The notes: generated by a model from the sequence alone, not told the origin. 64,000 bases of DNA from Limnochordia bacterium (GCA_050951545.1 JBMNJG010000011.1:256001-320000), one strand, 5' to 3'. Shown: positions 10,543-21,263, numbered from the stretch's first letter. A program made the numbers and translations.

Positions 10543-11345
10543 AGCTCTGTTTCTCGACCCTCGGTTGCCCTGATTGGTCTTGGAGCCGTGTGGTAGAGGC
10601 AGCTCCGCGCATGGGCTACGATGGTTTGGAGATCCGCGGTATTCAAGGTGAGATGCATTTGCCTAAGGCGGAGCCGTTCCTTCCTCACAACATCGGTAAC
10701 ACGATGGCGGATTTGGCCAAGCGGGGGCTGAGTATCGCTTGTTTGGGCGCCTCGAGTCATTTCCACGGGCCCAACGTGGATGAGAACGTGAAAGAGGCCA
10801 AGGCGTATGTGGACCTAGCGGTGCGGTTGCGTGTACGCTACGTACGGGTGTTTGGTGACAAGATACCAGACCCCGCCAAAAAGGAGCAGACGCTGCAGCG
10901 GGTGGCCGCGTCCTTGCGTGAGTTGGGCGAGTATGCTGCTCCTCAGGGAGTGCGCATACTCATCGAGACCCACGGTGATTTCTCACGTTCCCAGGATCTT
11001 CTGGATGTCTTAGAGCGCGTCGATAACCCGTACGTCGGTGTGCTGTGGGACGCGCATCATCCCTATCGCTTCTGTGGCGAGGCACTGGCTGACACTTTCG
11101 CGCAGCTGGGGAAGTACGTATTTCACGTACATCTCAAGGACTCTGTCACGACGGCGGATGGCATTCGCTATTGCCTGCCCGGCGAAGGCGATGTGCCCCT
11201 GAGGAAAGTGATTGAGTTGCTTCGATCCGGTGCCTACCAGGGATGGTTGAGTTTCGAGTGGGAGAAGCGGTGGCACCCGGAGCTGGAGGAGCCGGAGGTC
11301 GCGTTGCCTGCGTTTGCGCGCGTGATGCGTGATCTGTTGAATTGA
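10539..11345 (+). CDS. Sugar phosphate isomerase/epimerase (xylose-isomerase-like TIM barrel)
   Basis: [34 protein letters not shown]. Confidence 0.85.
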   Translation: MKLCFSTLGCPDWSWSRVVEAAPRMGYDGLEIRGIQGEMHLPKAEPFLPHNIGNTMADLAKRGLSIACLGASSHFHGPNVDENVKEAKAYVDLAVRLRVRYVRVFGDKIPDPAKKEQTLQRVAASLRELGEYAAPQGVRILIETHGDFSRSQDLLDVLERVDNPYVGVLWDAHHPYRFCGEALADTFAQLGKYVFHVHLKDSVTTADGIRYCLPGEGDVPLRKVIELLRSGAYQGWLSFEWEKRWHPELEEPEVALPAFARVMRDLLN

Positions 11346-11399
11346 GACGGGGTGTCCGCAAAAGGGCTGTCACTTGATTCTTAGGGAGTGGGAGGGCAC

Positions 11400-12965
11400 A
11401 TGGCGTACTTGATCGGTGTGGATGTCGGTACTTCTGGCACAAAAAGCTTGCTTATCGATGCTGAAGGCCGTGTCTACGCCAGCAGATCCGCTGGCTATCG
11501 TCTACACCAGCCTCAACTTGGGTGGGCTGAGCAGTCTGCTGAGGACTGGTGGCAGGCCACGTGCAGCACCATTCGACAGCTTCTTGAAGAGACCGGAACA
11601 AGCCCGCATGACGTGGTTGCGGTGGGCTTCTCAGGTCAGATGCATGGCTCCGTCTTTCTAGATAAGGAGGGCCACGTCATCCGTCCACCGCTGCTGTGGT
11701 GTGATGTGCGGACTGCGGCCGAATGCCGCGAGATTACGTCTGTGGTGGGAGAACGGCAGCTGATCGAGTCCACCTCTAACCCGGCTTTGGAAGGGTTCAC
11801 GGCCCCTAAGCTGCTTTGGTTGCGCAACCACGAGCCCGTCAACTACGCCAAGCTGGCACATGTGTTGCTGCCCAAAGATTATGTATGTTACCGACTGACG
11901 GGCGAACTTGCTACTGAAGTCTCCGACGCGGCGGGAACCCTTCTGTTTGATGTGGCGCATCGCAGCTGGTCCCAGGAAGTCCTGCGTGCTCTGGATATTG
12001 ACCCAGCGATCTTGCCTCGGGTGATGGAATCGGTAGAGGTTCGGGGTCTCGTCAGCGAGGCTGGTGCTCAGGCCACCGGATTGGCAGTCGGTACCAAAGT
12101 CGTGGGCGGAGGTGCAGACAACGCTTGTGGCGCAGTGGGTGCGGGCATTGTCCGGGAGGGCCGTTTTCTTTCGAGCATCGGCTCTTCTGGGGTGATACTC
12201 GCCCATACCGAAACGCCGCGCTTGGATCCTTCTGCTCGGGTACATACCTTTAACCATGCGGTTCCTGGGCGTTGGTATCTGATGGGGGTCATGCTGGCGG
12301 CTGGGTTGAGCCTGCGCTGGTTCCGTGACGAGATGGGCCCAATGGAAAAGCGGATCGAACAGGAGATAGGCCTAGACGCCTACGACCTCTTGGGGCTGCA
12401 GGCAGCCAAGAGTCCCCCAGGAAGTCGGGGGTTGGTGTTCCTGCCCTATCTCAATGGTGAGCGGACACCGCATGCTGATGCAGACGCCCGGGGGGTGCTC
12501 TTTGGTCTGTCTAGTGCTCACACTCGGGGGGATGTCATTCGGGCCATCATGGAGGGTGTGACCTTTGGGCTGCGTGACTCGGTGGAGATTATGCGGGACA
12601 TGGGGCTTTCTTTTGACCGGCTAAGGGTACTCGGTGGCGGGGCACGTTCACCGCTGTGGGTGCAGATGCAGGCAGATGTGTTCCAGACTACGGTGGAGAG
12701 GTTGCAGGTTGATGAGGGACCTGCATATGGGGCAGCTCTGCTCGCAGGCGTAGGAGCTGACCTGTTCGCCAGTGTCGCCGAAGCAGCGGAGTCGACCGTA
12801 CGTGTTGGAGACGTGCTAGAGCCAAATCCGGCAAACAAGGGGCGCTACGACGATATGTTCGGCCTCTATAGGGCTCTTTATCCTGCCTTGCGGGAGGGTT
12901 ATGCTGCTGCCGCTCGCCTTTCGCGGCGACCGTCGCCTGCGCACAAGGGGTGGAGGAATACATGA
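11400..12965 (+). CDS. xylB: Xylulokinase (FGGY family)
   Basis: GVDVGTSGTK, FSGQMHG, PYLNGERTPH. Confidence 0.85.
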   Translation: MAYLIGVDVGTSGTKSLLIDAEGRVYASRSAGYRLHQPQLGWAEQSAEDWWQATCSTIRQLLEETGTSPHDVVAVGFSGQMHGSVFLDKEGHVIRPPLLWCDVRTAAECREITSVVGERQLIESTSNPALEGFTAPKLLWLRNHEPVNYAKLAHVLLPKDYVCYRLTGELATEVSDAAGTLLFDVAHRSWSQEVLRALDIDPAILPRVMESVEVRGLVSEAGAQATGLAVGTKVVGGGADNACGAVGAGIVREGRFLSSIGSSGVILAHTETPRLDPSARVHTFNHAVPGRWYLMGVMLAAGLSLRWFRDEMGPMEKRIEQEIGLDAYDLLGLQAAKSPPGSRGLVFLPYLNGERTPHADADARGVLFGLSSAHTRGDVIRAIMEGVTFGLRDSVEIMRDMGLSFDRLRVLGGGARSPLWVQMQADVFQTTVERLQVDEGPAYGAALLAGVGADLFASVAEAAESTVRVGDVLEPNPANKGRYDDMFGLYRALYPALREGYAAAARLSRRPSPAHKGWRNT

Positions 12966-14509
12966 TGTACATGCTCGGTATTGATATCGGAACTACGAAC
13001 TGGAAGGTCGTGGCATACGCGCCAGACGGGGTGGCTGTAGCGCGCTGGTCGTGCCCAGCACGCACGGAACGTCAGTCAGGCGGCTGGGCGGTTTACGAAC
13101 CCGATGCGATCTGGGACGCTGTGTGTGCTGGTATCCGTGAGGTTGTCGCGCAGTTGGCAGCGCGAAACGAATCGCCTGAGGCCATCGCTTCAGTGGCAGT
13201 AACTAGCGTGGGCGAGAGCGGTCTATTTCTCGATGGTGCTGGGCAGGCGCTGTGTCCGGCCATCGCCTGGTTTGATCCGCGAACACAGGAGATCAATCGC
13301 TTCTGGACAGACCAGGTAGGAAGCCAGACGGTCTATGAGGTGACAGGCTTTCCGCCGCAGTACATAGCCAGCCTGAATAAGATGATGTGGATCAAAGAGG
13401 CACAGCCCGACGTCTATGCGAAAGCGCGGCGTTGGCTGTGTATCGCAGATTATGTCGCCTTTCGACTATGCGGCGAGGCAGTGATGGATTATTCGCTCGC
13501 TTCGCGTACTATGGCTTTTGATATCCGTCAGCGCTGCTGGTCGGAGAGTCTTCTCTCTCTTGCCGGCATCCCAGTCGGCTTGATGCCAGAACTGGCTTCT
13601 TCGGGAACTAGACTGGCAACGGTCCACAAGCGGGCGCAGGAAGAGACTGGACTATCTGCGCGTACTGTGGTAGCAACAGGGGGGCACGATCACATATGCG
13701 GAGCCCTCGCGGTGGGAGTCTGTGAGCCCGGACAGTGTCTCGACTCGCTGGGAACGGCAGAGGCCATTCTCCTCACTTTGGATCGCCCAGTGCTGAGCCC
13801 CGAGCTCATGGAGTCGGGGTTCGCCCTCGGATGCCATACAGCCCCTGACCGCTACTACCTTATTGCAGCGATGCAGTCTGCTGGTGGCACGGTGGAGTGG
13901 CTCTGTGAGAGCCTAGGTGAGACAGAGGCCCTGCGTGCTGCAGGTGACAAGGGGAAGCTGTATGGGCTCTTGATGCAGGAGGCTGCCAAGTCTCCTGCAG
14001 GCAGTGAGGGTCTGCTTTTCCTACCGCATCTTTTGGGTTCGGTCTGTCCAACCAATGAGGCGGCCCGCGGTGCGTGGGTAGGGTTACAGTCACGCCATCG
14101 CCGGGCGCATTTGCTACGCTCTGCGGTAGAGGGCTTGGCCCACGAGTCGTTCCTGAACGTGTCGCGCATGGAGCACCTAAGTGGGATGAAGGGCGATGCC
14201 GTCGTTGTCATCGGCGGCGGTACCCGCAACGGTCTCTGGATGCAGGCCAAGGCTGATGTAGCACAACGCCCCTTACATGTGCCTCTCACCGATGAGGCGA
14301 CTACGCTAGGTGCTGCGATCTTGGGGGGCGTGGCCGCAGAGCTACACCGTGATGTACAGGCGGCCTTAGAGGCTGTGCAGCTCGAGGAGCGGGTAGTGAT
14401 CCCCGACTCAGAGCTTGCTGAGGTGTATAGTCGGGCGCAGGCCGCCTTCGCTAGGATGTATCCAGGGCTCATCAGTGTGTTTGGCGCCTTGGCAGAAGGC
14501 GCAAGGTAA
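12962..14509 (+). CDS. Second FGGY carbohydrate kinase (fuculo/xylulo-kinase-like)
   Basis: GIDIGTT, WFDPRT, DYSLASRT, GGHDH. Confidence 0.85.
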   Translation: MMYMLGIDIGTTNWKVVAYAPDGVAVARWSCPARTERQSGGWAVYEPDAIWDAVCAGIREVVAQLAARNESPEAIASVAVTSVGESGLFLDGAGQALCPAIAWFDPRTQEINRFWTDQVGSQTVYEVTGFPPQYIASLNKMMWIKEAQPDVYAKARRWLCIADYVAFRLCGEAVMDYSLASRTMAFDIRQRCWSESLLSLAGIPVGLMPELASSGTRLATVHKRAQEETGLSARTVVATGGHDHICGALAVGVCEPGQCLDSLGTAEAILLTLDRPVLSPELMESGFALGCHTAPDRYYLIAAMQSAGGTVEWLCESLGETEALRAAGDKGKLYGLLMQEAAKSPAGSEGLLFLPHLLGSVCPTNEAARGAWVGLQSRHRRAHLLRSAVEGLAHESFLNVSRMEHLSGMKGDAVVVIGGGTRNGLWMQAKADVAQRPLHVPLTDEATTLGAAILGGVAAELHRDVQAALEAVQLEERVVIPDSELAEVYSRAQAAFARMYPGLISVFGALAEGAR

Positions 14510-16943
14510 CGATGGCGTGGGGCCCAAACCTCACGGTTAAGTGCTGAGGGTCGTGACACTCCAAGGCCTTCAGGGGGGTTTCATCGAGGCTGGCCACGTG
14601 CGCGCTTGCCACAGGCCAGCCTGTGGTCAGCTTGCCATTGATGGCCTCGCTCGTGGGGTTATAGGCGCGTATAATAACCGCTTGCTGGTCCTCGCTGCGT
14701 TTGACAGCGCTAAGAAGTAGCGGAGCAGGCTCCAGCCCAGCGATGCTGAAGGCAGTGAGTCCGCCGCGATGATCACCAAGTTCTTGAGCCGACAAGGCGC
14801 CAGGGCTCGCGCAGAACTCCCATGCCGTGCGGAATGCTTTCTGCCACGTGCCCGAATGGGGGATCAGCGCGTAGTCAAACTCGAGAACTTGCGGTGCCTG
14901 TAAGACAGCGGCGTCGGCTCTCACCGCCCGCAGAAGCGTCAAGGCGATTGTTCCAGCTGGCGTAGGTTTGATCTCGTACTCATGCAGTCCACGGCTAGCC
15001 ACCATGAGCCCATGGCTCTTGCCACTGATATCCACGAACTCGCCTTTAGGCATGCTCCTTCGTCCGTGATGTGGCGTATGGCGCGAGTGTGCTTCGCTCA
15101 GACGTTCCACCACGTCAAAGGGTTGGGCCACCCAGCATCGGCCAGCGGCGATGTTTGATGAGAACAGGACGCGCAGCCGGTGATCTCTCGAGCGGTTGAC
15201 CACACGGGTGCGGATGTCGATGCGCGCTACATCGCGGCGCAGTGTAACGTAGGACGTGACTTCGCTCATGGTGCGGGTATCGGAGCGGGGGTCCTTAAAG
15301 GCATGCAGGTCGGCGGGCAGATCCAGGTTGTGTTGCACCTGTACTGTACTGGAGAAAACTCCGTTTTCTATGATGGAGACCTGGGCGGGGGCGGCATAGG
15401 TCGTGATGATGCGGTCTTGCTCCGGCGGCGCATACTGATGTAGCGAGCCAGCATCGCCGCTATCCTCGAAGACATTGCAGTTGTCGTAGGTGATTCCAGT
15501 CCGTTTGTCTTCGATGCGCAGCGCTCCGTTAGCTTTCACACTGACGCGCAGAAAGCGATTCTCCAATGTGTTGCCAGCGGCCAGTGATTCGCCCACAAAG
15601 TACGGGCGGGTAGTAGAGGGTAAGACCTCGAAACGGCGGAACCCCATCGGCGGCAGTTCTGGGGCTGCAAAGGAGATGGTAAACTGGCGCGAGTTGCGCG
15701 TGGGCGTAGGCTCTACGCGATGGAGCTGATAGGGCACAGTCTCCCCCGTATCGGAACGCAGCTGCAGGTAAGGGCTCTGGGTTGGCATCCTCACCTGCAC
15801 GGTAATGACCTCGCTTCGGGGCCAGTTGAGTGGGTTTACTACCCACAGTGATGTGGACTCGTCGTTACCAGGGTTACAGACGGTCGTCGCCTCATGAGCA
15901 GGGGTACCAGCGATCGCGGCGAGGTGATCACGGGCAATGATCTCTGCCAGATCCTTGCTGCATTCGGCCCGTACCCGCATGTGACGATAGGTTGAATCTC
16001 CCTGGCACCCACCCCCTGCATCGCGCGTCTGGTTCTGCAGAAGATACACCCATGCCTTTTCTAGGTAGGGTGCAGGGTAGGTAGCCCCCTGTAACCACGC
16101 AGCAGTGGCCCAAGGCTCCGCCCAGCGCTCCAGAAGCAGTGTGGCGCTCCAAGAGATCAGCCGCAGATCCGGCCACACGGTGGTATGTCCGCAGGCTACA
16201 TGGGAGCGGCGACTAGCATCTTCGTGGTCAGTGAAGACGCTCAGTTCTCCCACCTGGAGGTCTTTGCTTACTTCCGGCAGGATCTCTTCAACTAATGAGC
16301 CACGGACCATCACGTGGGACTGGGCTGACCTCTCCAGAACGTTCGGAACGTCTGCGGCCATGGCGTTCAGAAGAAGACAGGGCACACGGCCAGCGTATTG
16401 CGATGCCTGTGAGATGCTGGTTATTTCAGGCAGCTGCACGAAAAGCAGTTCGCTACCGTCCACACCATGCCAACGTTGCGCTTGAAACGTGGATGTGGGC
16501 ACACATGCGGTATGAATGCCAAATCCACGTAGAATCTGGGGCAGCTGACTGCTGTAGAGGGGAGATGGCAGCAGAATGCATACTGTGGGATGACACCCGA
16601 ATGCCTTTGCCCGAGCTGCACCCAGGAGCAGATTACGCACAAGGCATTCGCCCGAGGCGAGGGAAGATGCCGGAGCGGCGTACCAGGGTCCAAGCCAGAT
16701 CTGATTGGAGTCTACACAGGCTCGTACCTGTTTGGCAGCTTGCGGATGCATCTGAAGGTAGATATCAGTGAGATCGCCAGTGCCATCGATATGTAGGGGC
16801 CCTCGCACTTCTGTCTCCTCCAGGGCCTTCAATAGAGCGTCTAGGCGTTTGGCCCATGTATAGGCCAGCTTCATGCGACTTTTCTGGGCGCCATGGTCCC
16901 AAGGTAACCAGGGAATGATACGAATGGTGAGCAATTCTGCCAC
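14472..16943 (-). CDS. GH38 alpha-mannosidase-like protein lacking canonical catalytic residues
   Basis: GPWY, GECLVRNLLLG, SQLPQIL, DHRLRVLF, IALTLLRAV, LLSAVKRSED identify GH38; the Zn and nucleophile motifs are degenerate. Confidence 0.75.
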   Translation of the reverse strand: MAELLTIRIIPWLPWDHGAQKSRMKLAYTWAKRLDALLKALEETEVRGPLHIDGTGDLTDIYLQMHPQAAKQVRACVDSNQIWLGPWYAAPASSLASGECLVRNLLLGAARAKAFGCHPTVCILLPSPLYSSQLPQILRGFGIHTACVPTSTFQAQRWHGVDGSELLFVQLPEITSISQASQYAGRVPCLLLNAMAADVPNVLERSAQSHVMVRGSLVEEILPEVSKDLQVGELSVFTDHEDASRRSHVACGHTTVWPDLRLISWSATLLLERWAEPWATAAWLQGATYPAPYLEKAWVYLLQNQTRDAGGGCQGDSTYRHMRVRAECSKDLAEIIARDHLAAIAGTPAHEATTVCNPGNDESTSLWVVNPLNWPRSEVITVQVRMPTQSPYLQLRSDTGETVPYQLHRVEPTPTRNSRQFTISFAAPELPPMGFRRFEVLPSTTRPYFVGESLAAGNTLENRFLRVSVKANGALRIEDKRTGITYDNCNVFEDSGDAGSLHQYAPPEQDRIITTYAAPAQVSIIENGVFSSTVQVQHNLDLPADLHAFKDPRSDTRTMSEVTSYVTLRRDVARIDIRTRVVNRSRDHRLRVLFSSNIAAGRCWVAQPFDVVERLSEAHSRHTPHHGRRSMPKGEFVDISGKSHGLMVASRGLHEYEIKPTPAGTIALTLLRAVRADAAVLQAPQVLEFDYALIPHSGTWQKAFRTAWEFCASPGALSAQELGDHRGGLTAFSIAGLEPAPLLLSAVKRSEDQQAVIIRAYNPTSEAINGKLTTGWPVASAHVASLDETPLKALECHDPQHLTVRFGPHAIVTLRLLPRRQTH

Positions 16944-17105
16944 CCGCTTCTATAGGTACGTACGCGAAGACCCGAGATGAATCGGCCTCATGCCTAGATT
17001 CTTCGCTCGCGTCGTCACGTATCCCTTTTTCGCAACTGGCAGGGATGCAAGGGGGTAGGCACGTATCATGCTATAGCAGGGCAGCCTTGAGCGAGGTGTT
17101 GGGAA

Positions 17106-17291
17106 GTGGCAAAAGAGAGATCTGGTGTAACGCGTCGGCTCCGCAAGGGATGGTTCATGAGTGATGTGGAGCGGCGGGCGCGCGAGTTTCAGTATGCAGC
17201 GGAACGCGGATACTCAGGCTCTGAGACTGAGCCTGCCAAGAGTCCGGAGCAGCTGCTTGATGAGATCGAGGGGGAAGACGAACGACGGTAG
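17106..17291 (+). CDS. Small charged hypothetical protein
   Basis: SD-like GAGGTG before GTG; fills the gap divergent from the GH38 gene. Confidence 0.45.
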   Translation: MAKERSGVTRRLRKGWFMSDVERRAREFQYAAERGYSGSETEPAKSPEQLLDEIEGEDERR

Positions 17292-17301
17292 GGGGATGAC
17301 C

Positions 17302-17985
17302 ATGGAGATGCCTACTGGAGCGGCGTGCTATTTTGATCTGGTGGGATACACTCACAGGAAGCTCTTTGCTGATTGTCTGCATGTCTGGGAGGTGTTGCCC
17401 AAACTCCCTGCGTACATTGAGTCTTGCCTGCAACCAGCTCTTTGCGGTACGGTGATGGAGGGTGCGTGGGTTGGGCCGCGGGTGTATCTGGGGGCTGGCT
17501 CCACGGTTGAGCCGGGGGCGATGGTCAAAGGACCAGCGATCATTGGCTCAGGTACAGTGATCAGGCACGGTGCTTATCTGCGGGAGTACTGCTTGATCGG
17601 TGATGGTTGCGTGGTGGGTCACGCCAGCGAAATCAAGGGCAGTATCATGTTGGATGGCAGCCAGGCCGCTCATTTCAACTATGTGGGCGACAGCGTGTTG
17701 GGCCATGGTGTGAATCTGGGTGCAGGCGTGAAGCTGTCCAACTTCAAAAACGACGGCGGGATCATCCAGGTGATCGTAGGGGAGAAAAAGTGGTCCACGG
17801 GATTGCGTAAGTTCGGGGCCATTGTCGGAGACCGCGTGGCGTTGGGCTGCAACTGCGTCACAAGCCCCGGCAGCCTCATCGGGCGTGATAGCTCAGTATA
17901 CGCGAATCTGGTCGTGCGAGGGTACATTCCTCCCCGGAGCATAGTCAAGCTGCGGCAGGTGCAAGAGATTGCTCCCCGGCGATAA
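17302..17985 (+). CDS. Hexapeptide-repeat (LbH) acyltransferase, GlmU C-terminal-like
   Basis: GPAIIG, HFNYVGDSVLG, NLGAG, TGLRKFGAIVGD; no nucleotidyltransferase domain. Confidence 0.85.
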   Translation: MEMPTGAACYFDLVGYTHRKLFADCLHVWEVLPKLPAYIESCLQPALCGTVMEGAWVGPRVYLGAGSTVEPGAMVKGPAIIGSGTVIRHGAYLREYCLIGDGCVVGHASEIKGSIMLDGSQAAHFNYVGDSVLGHGVNLGAGVKLSNFKNDGGIIQVIVGEKKWSTGLRKFGAIVGDRVALGCNCVTSPGSLIGRDSSVYANLVVRGYIPPRSIVKLRQVQEIAPRR

Positions 17986-18583
17986 GCAAAGGTCACAAGA
18001 GGTTCTCCAGAGGTTCTTGCTGCAAGAGGGGATTGAGGTTCCCTGGCATATGCTGTGGGTAGACCCTATTCGCCAGCGACTCAGTGCCTTATGTTATGTA
18101 CAGCGCGGCGATCAAGTCCTGATGCTGCAAAGACGCAAACAGCCTTTCTCCGGGTATTGGACCGCACCGGGCGGCAAGCTCGAACCCGGAGAAGATCCGA
18201 GACAAGCCATCAGGCGCGAGATACAAGAAGAAACAGGTCTTCACCTGCGCTCTGCTAATCTGCAGCTCGTGGTGTCCGAGAGATCGCCGGACCCCCTGTA
18301 CAACTGGTTGCTCTTCGTCTTTCGCAGCGAAGATGCCGCAGGACAGTTGACTGAGTGTCAGGAGGGCTTGCTGCGCTGGGTACCCCTAACGGAGCTAGCG
18401 ACACTGAAGAGAGTGACTATCGACAGCCTCTTACTTCCGTTTGTGTACGACGATCGAAAACGCTACATCATTCATGTCGTCTTTGAACATCCCCCTGAGG
18501 GCGAGATTGTGCGGACAGAGGCTTTTTCGAGACAGTCAGCGCATGCGAGTTCGGGGGGCCGCCGACATGCCCGCACAGAGTAA
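17969..18583 (+). CDS. NUDIX hydrolase (8-oxo-dGTPase-like); start uncertain
   Basis: Nudix box GGKLEPGEDPRQAIRREIQEETGL. Confidence 0.88.
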   Translation: MLPGDKQRSQEVLQRFLLQEGIEVPWHMLWVDPIRQRLSALCYVQRGDQVLMLQRRKQPFSGYWTAPGGKLEPGEDPRQAIRREIQEETGLHLRSANLQLVVSERSPDPLYNWLLFVFRSEDAAGQLTECQEGLLRWVPLTELATLKRVTIDSLLLPFVYDDRKRYIIHVVFEHPPEGEIVRTEAFSRQSAHASSGGRRHARTE

Positions 18584-18591
18584 CATGATTC
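18557..18591 (+). repeat. Leader motif, copy A (before the comFA RBS)
   Basis: GGCCGCCGACATGCCCGCACAGAGTAACATGATTC; 32/35 identical to 59909-59943. Confidence 0.85.
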
Positions 18592-18609
18592 GCTAGGGGA
18601 GAGGGAAGC

Positions 18610-20421
18610 GTGATTCGCTACTGCGTGTGGGTGTCGACAGGATCTTTGGAACCTGCACCCACGCTTCCTCCTCTTCATTCCTATAATGCTCACTGGGGGA
18701 TCTCCTGTGACCCCCATGTGGAGAGAGCCCTGCTCTCACGTGGCAGCACACTACGATTCGTGACGCCTTTTTTGCCACTGTGGTTGGCCGAGATTGCTTC
18801 CCGATACGCAAGTGGTGCAGGCGGATGCGGGGGCGGCTGGCGAGTATGGTTGGCGAGAAGAAGAGTCCGCCGGCTACTAGCGGTCTGGGGCCGCCAAAGT
18901 GCGTGGCGCCAGTTGGATCTTCTTTCCTATGCGCATGTTCCAGCTCAGGGGGAGCTCCTCGTTCCGGAGAGAGCTACGGCCATTCTTGGCATTCTGGCAA
19001 ATCGGCAGCTCCTTGAGCATGAACTGGTCGCCGCTTGGCGAGCGCGGGCCCTGGGCCCCCATGCTCCTTCCGCCTCTGATGTGCAGCAGCTGCTGCTAGC
19101 AGGTCTCGTGGTGCGCAAGGCAGCTGTTGGCCTAGGCTCTTTTGGTCGCTTTGAGTGTCGGCGCTGCGGGAGCCACGAATCTGTTGCCATAGTGCAGTGC
19201 GCGGTGTGTGGGGGCGAATGTCCAGAGTGCCGCGACTGCCTTTCGCTAGGGGTGTCGCGCGGCTGTTCTGCACTGTTGACGACTGCCTCCGATGTGTTGG
19301 CATGGACCGATGCGAGAGCTCGGTCCACGAGTTGCTCTGCTCCGACCTACCATCTGCCTTTTGCACTGTCGCCAGCGCAGGAGAGTGCGGCGGATGAGAT
19401 CCAACAGGCGATGCATGAGGGGGTACGCCATGTGTTGGTGTGGGCGGCTTGCGGGGCTGGCAAGACGGAAGTAGTCTTTGAAGCTATCGCGGAAGCATTG
19501 GCCCGCCGAGGTCGCGTGCTTATAGCGACCCCACGGCGGGATGTGGCTGCAGAGCTCTGCGAGCGACTTCAGTCTGCCTTTGGTGCTGAGGTGGTCGCAG
19601 GTCTCTATGGTGGAGTGACGCAGAAGTATCCTGATGCACCTGTGCTGGTAGCCACCACCCACCAAGCCGTACGTTTCGCAGGACAGTTTCAGCTTCTGGT
19701 ATTTGATGAGTGCGATGCTTTTCCCTACACTGACAGCCCGTTGCTACAGAGAGCAATCGCTCGTCTGGCGGCGCGGGCTGGCTGTTTTGTGCAGATGACG
19801 GCGACCCCAACGCAGCGACAGATGCGTCAAGCTCGCTTGCCTGGCTCCCGCCTGATCCATATCCCGGCTCGCTACCATGGGTATCCTCTACCAGTACCCG
19901 TTGTCTGCGAGGACTCACGGCTTAAGCAGTGGCCTGGGCGGCAGGTACCAGCATGTCTGGGCGAAGCACTTGTGCAGACAGAGGAAGATGGGGCGCAACT
20001 TCTGATTTTCGTGCCCCGCCGAGCGTTGGTAGAGCCCGTAGTCAGTGCGATAAAGAGTGTCGGTTATCGGCGAGTCATGGGTGTACACTCGCGCTCACAT
20101 AGGCGTGATGCGGTGCGAGAGGCCTTAGCAGCGGGTGCCCTGGATGTAGCCGTCTCTACAACAGTCTTCGAACGAGGACTGACTTTTCCAACAGCCAATG
20201 TCGCTGTTCTTTTCGCTGATGCCGAAGAGGTGTTCGATGCTGCAACCTTGATACAGATGGCTGGCAGGGTTGGCCGCACCGCCCAAAGACCCATGGGCCG
20301 GGTCTGGTTTCTGTGCACCAGACCAAGCCGACAGATGCGAGATGCCTGCCAGGCGATTGAGGAGCTAAACATTATGGCTGAGGAGCGGGGACTGCTGACA
20401 GCTTGCCACTCATGCCCCTAG
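18610..20421 (+). CDS. comFA: ComFA competence DExD-box helicase with Zn-finger N-terminal region
   Basis: CxxC clusters, VWAACGAGKTE, ATPRRDV, FDECDAFPY, MTATP, QMAGRVGR. Confidence 0.88.
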   Translation: MIRYCVWVSTGSLEPAPTLPPLHSYNAHWGISCDPHVERALLSRGSTLRFVTPFLPLWLAEIASRYASGAGGCGGGWRVWLARRRVRRLLAVWGRQSAWRQLDLLSYAHVPAQGELLVPERATAILGILANRQLLEHELVAAWRARALGPHAPSASDVQQLLLAGLVVRKAAVGLGSFGRFECRRCGSHESVAIVQCAVCGGECPECRDCLSLGVSRGCSALLTTASDVLAWTDARARSTSCSAPTYHLPFALSPAQESAADEIQQAMHEGVRHVLVWAACGAGKTEVVFEAIAEALARRGRVLIATPRRDVAAELCERLQSAFGAEVVAGLYGGVTQKYPDAPVLVATTHQAVRFAGQFQLLVFDECDAFPYTDSPLLQRAIARLAARAGCFVQMTATPTQRQMRQARLPGSRLIHIPARYHGYPLPVPVVCEDSRLKQWPGRQVPACLGEALVQTEEDGAQLLIFVPRRALVEPVVSAIKSVGYRRVMGVHSRSHRRDAVREALAAGALDVAVSTTVFERGLTFPTANVAVLFADAEEVFDAATLIQMAGRVGRTAQRPMGRVWFLCTRPSRQMRDACQAIEELNIMAEERGLLTACHSCP

Positions 20422-20474
20422 GGGCTTATGATGAAAAGGCACGGGCCATGCTGTAGGGTAACGGAGGTCTTCCT

Positions 20475-21263
20475 ATGCGTCTGTTGCGGACCCTCGCCAT
20501 GGAGGCAACGTATCTGCTCTTCGCAACCCCTAGGCCCTGCTATCTGTGTGGTTGTGCGCTACCGCCCCCCATCTTGCCGTGGGCGTCTCTCGTGGGTGAT
20601 GTACGTGCACTGTTTTGCGAGAAGTGCCATGCCTGCATTCCCTGGGTTGTGCCGCCCCGGTGTGACGAATGTGGCCGGCCGGGGTCACAGGCCGGGCTAT
20701 GCCGACTGTGTCGCAGGAGGGCGAGACGGCTGAAGGGGCGGAGCCTAGCTGTCTACACCGGTGTCATCAAGCGACTACTGGCAGATCTCAAGTTCAGAGG
20801 AGTGCGGGAGGTGGCCGAGCCGTTGGGCTATCTCACTGGCGTCGCTGCCTCTGAAGTGGTGAAGGATTGGCGCTCACTAGTCATTGTGCCAATACCACTT
20901 CACAGCGAGCGCCTCATTGAGCGAGGGTTCAATCAGGCAGAGCTGTTGGCTGCAGGTGTAGCTCGCGTGCTTGGCCGTCCTATGTGGACGGGCGCTCTTG
21001 AGCGTAGTAGGGCCACGGCGACACAGAGTACGCTCTCCGCTACAGAACGTTGGAGAAATATGGAAGGGGCTTTTGTGGCTCCCCTACCGGGGCAGGTGGC
21101 ACACAGACGCTTTCTTCTGATTGATGATGTGTATACTACTGGAGCTACGATCTCTGCAGCGGCTGCGGCGTTGATGCGGGTAGGTGCCGCAGAGGTACGC
21201 TTTGCCACAGTCGCGGTTGCAGTAGCTATGACGGATGTGCTAGACTGGGCGGGTGATCAATAA
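20475..21263 (+). CDS. comFC: ComFC / ComF amidophosphoribosyltransferase-like protein
   Basis: Double Zn ribbon, [23 protein letters not shown]. Confidence 0.92.
   Translation: MRLLRTLAMEATYLLFATPRPCYLCGCALPPPILPWASLVGDVRALFCEKCHACIPWVVPPRCDECGRPGSQAGLCRLCRRRARRLKGRSLAVYTGVIKRLLADLKFRGVREVAEPLGYLTGVAASEVVKDWRSLVIVPIPLHSERLIERGFNQAELLAAGVARVLGRPMWTGALERSRATATQSTLSATERWRNMEGAFVAPLPGQVAHRRFLLIDDVYTTGATISAAAAALMRVGAAEVRFATVAVAVAMTDVLDWAGDQ

Noticed and set aside
18561-18568. GCCGACAT as a sigmaD -10 element within the repeated motif
   Set aside because: No TAAA -35 at the right spacing in copies A or C, and it is absent from copy B
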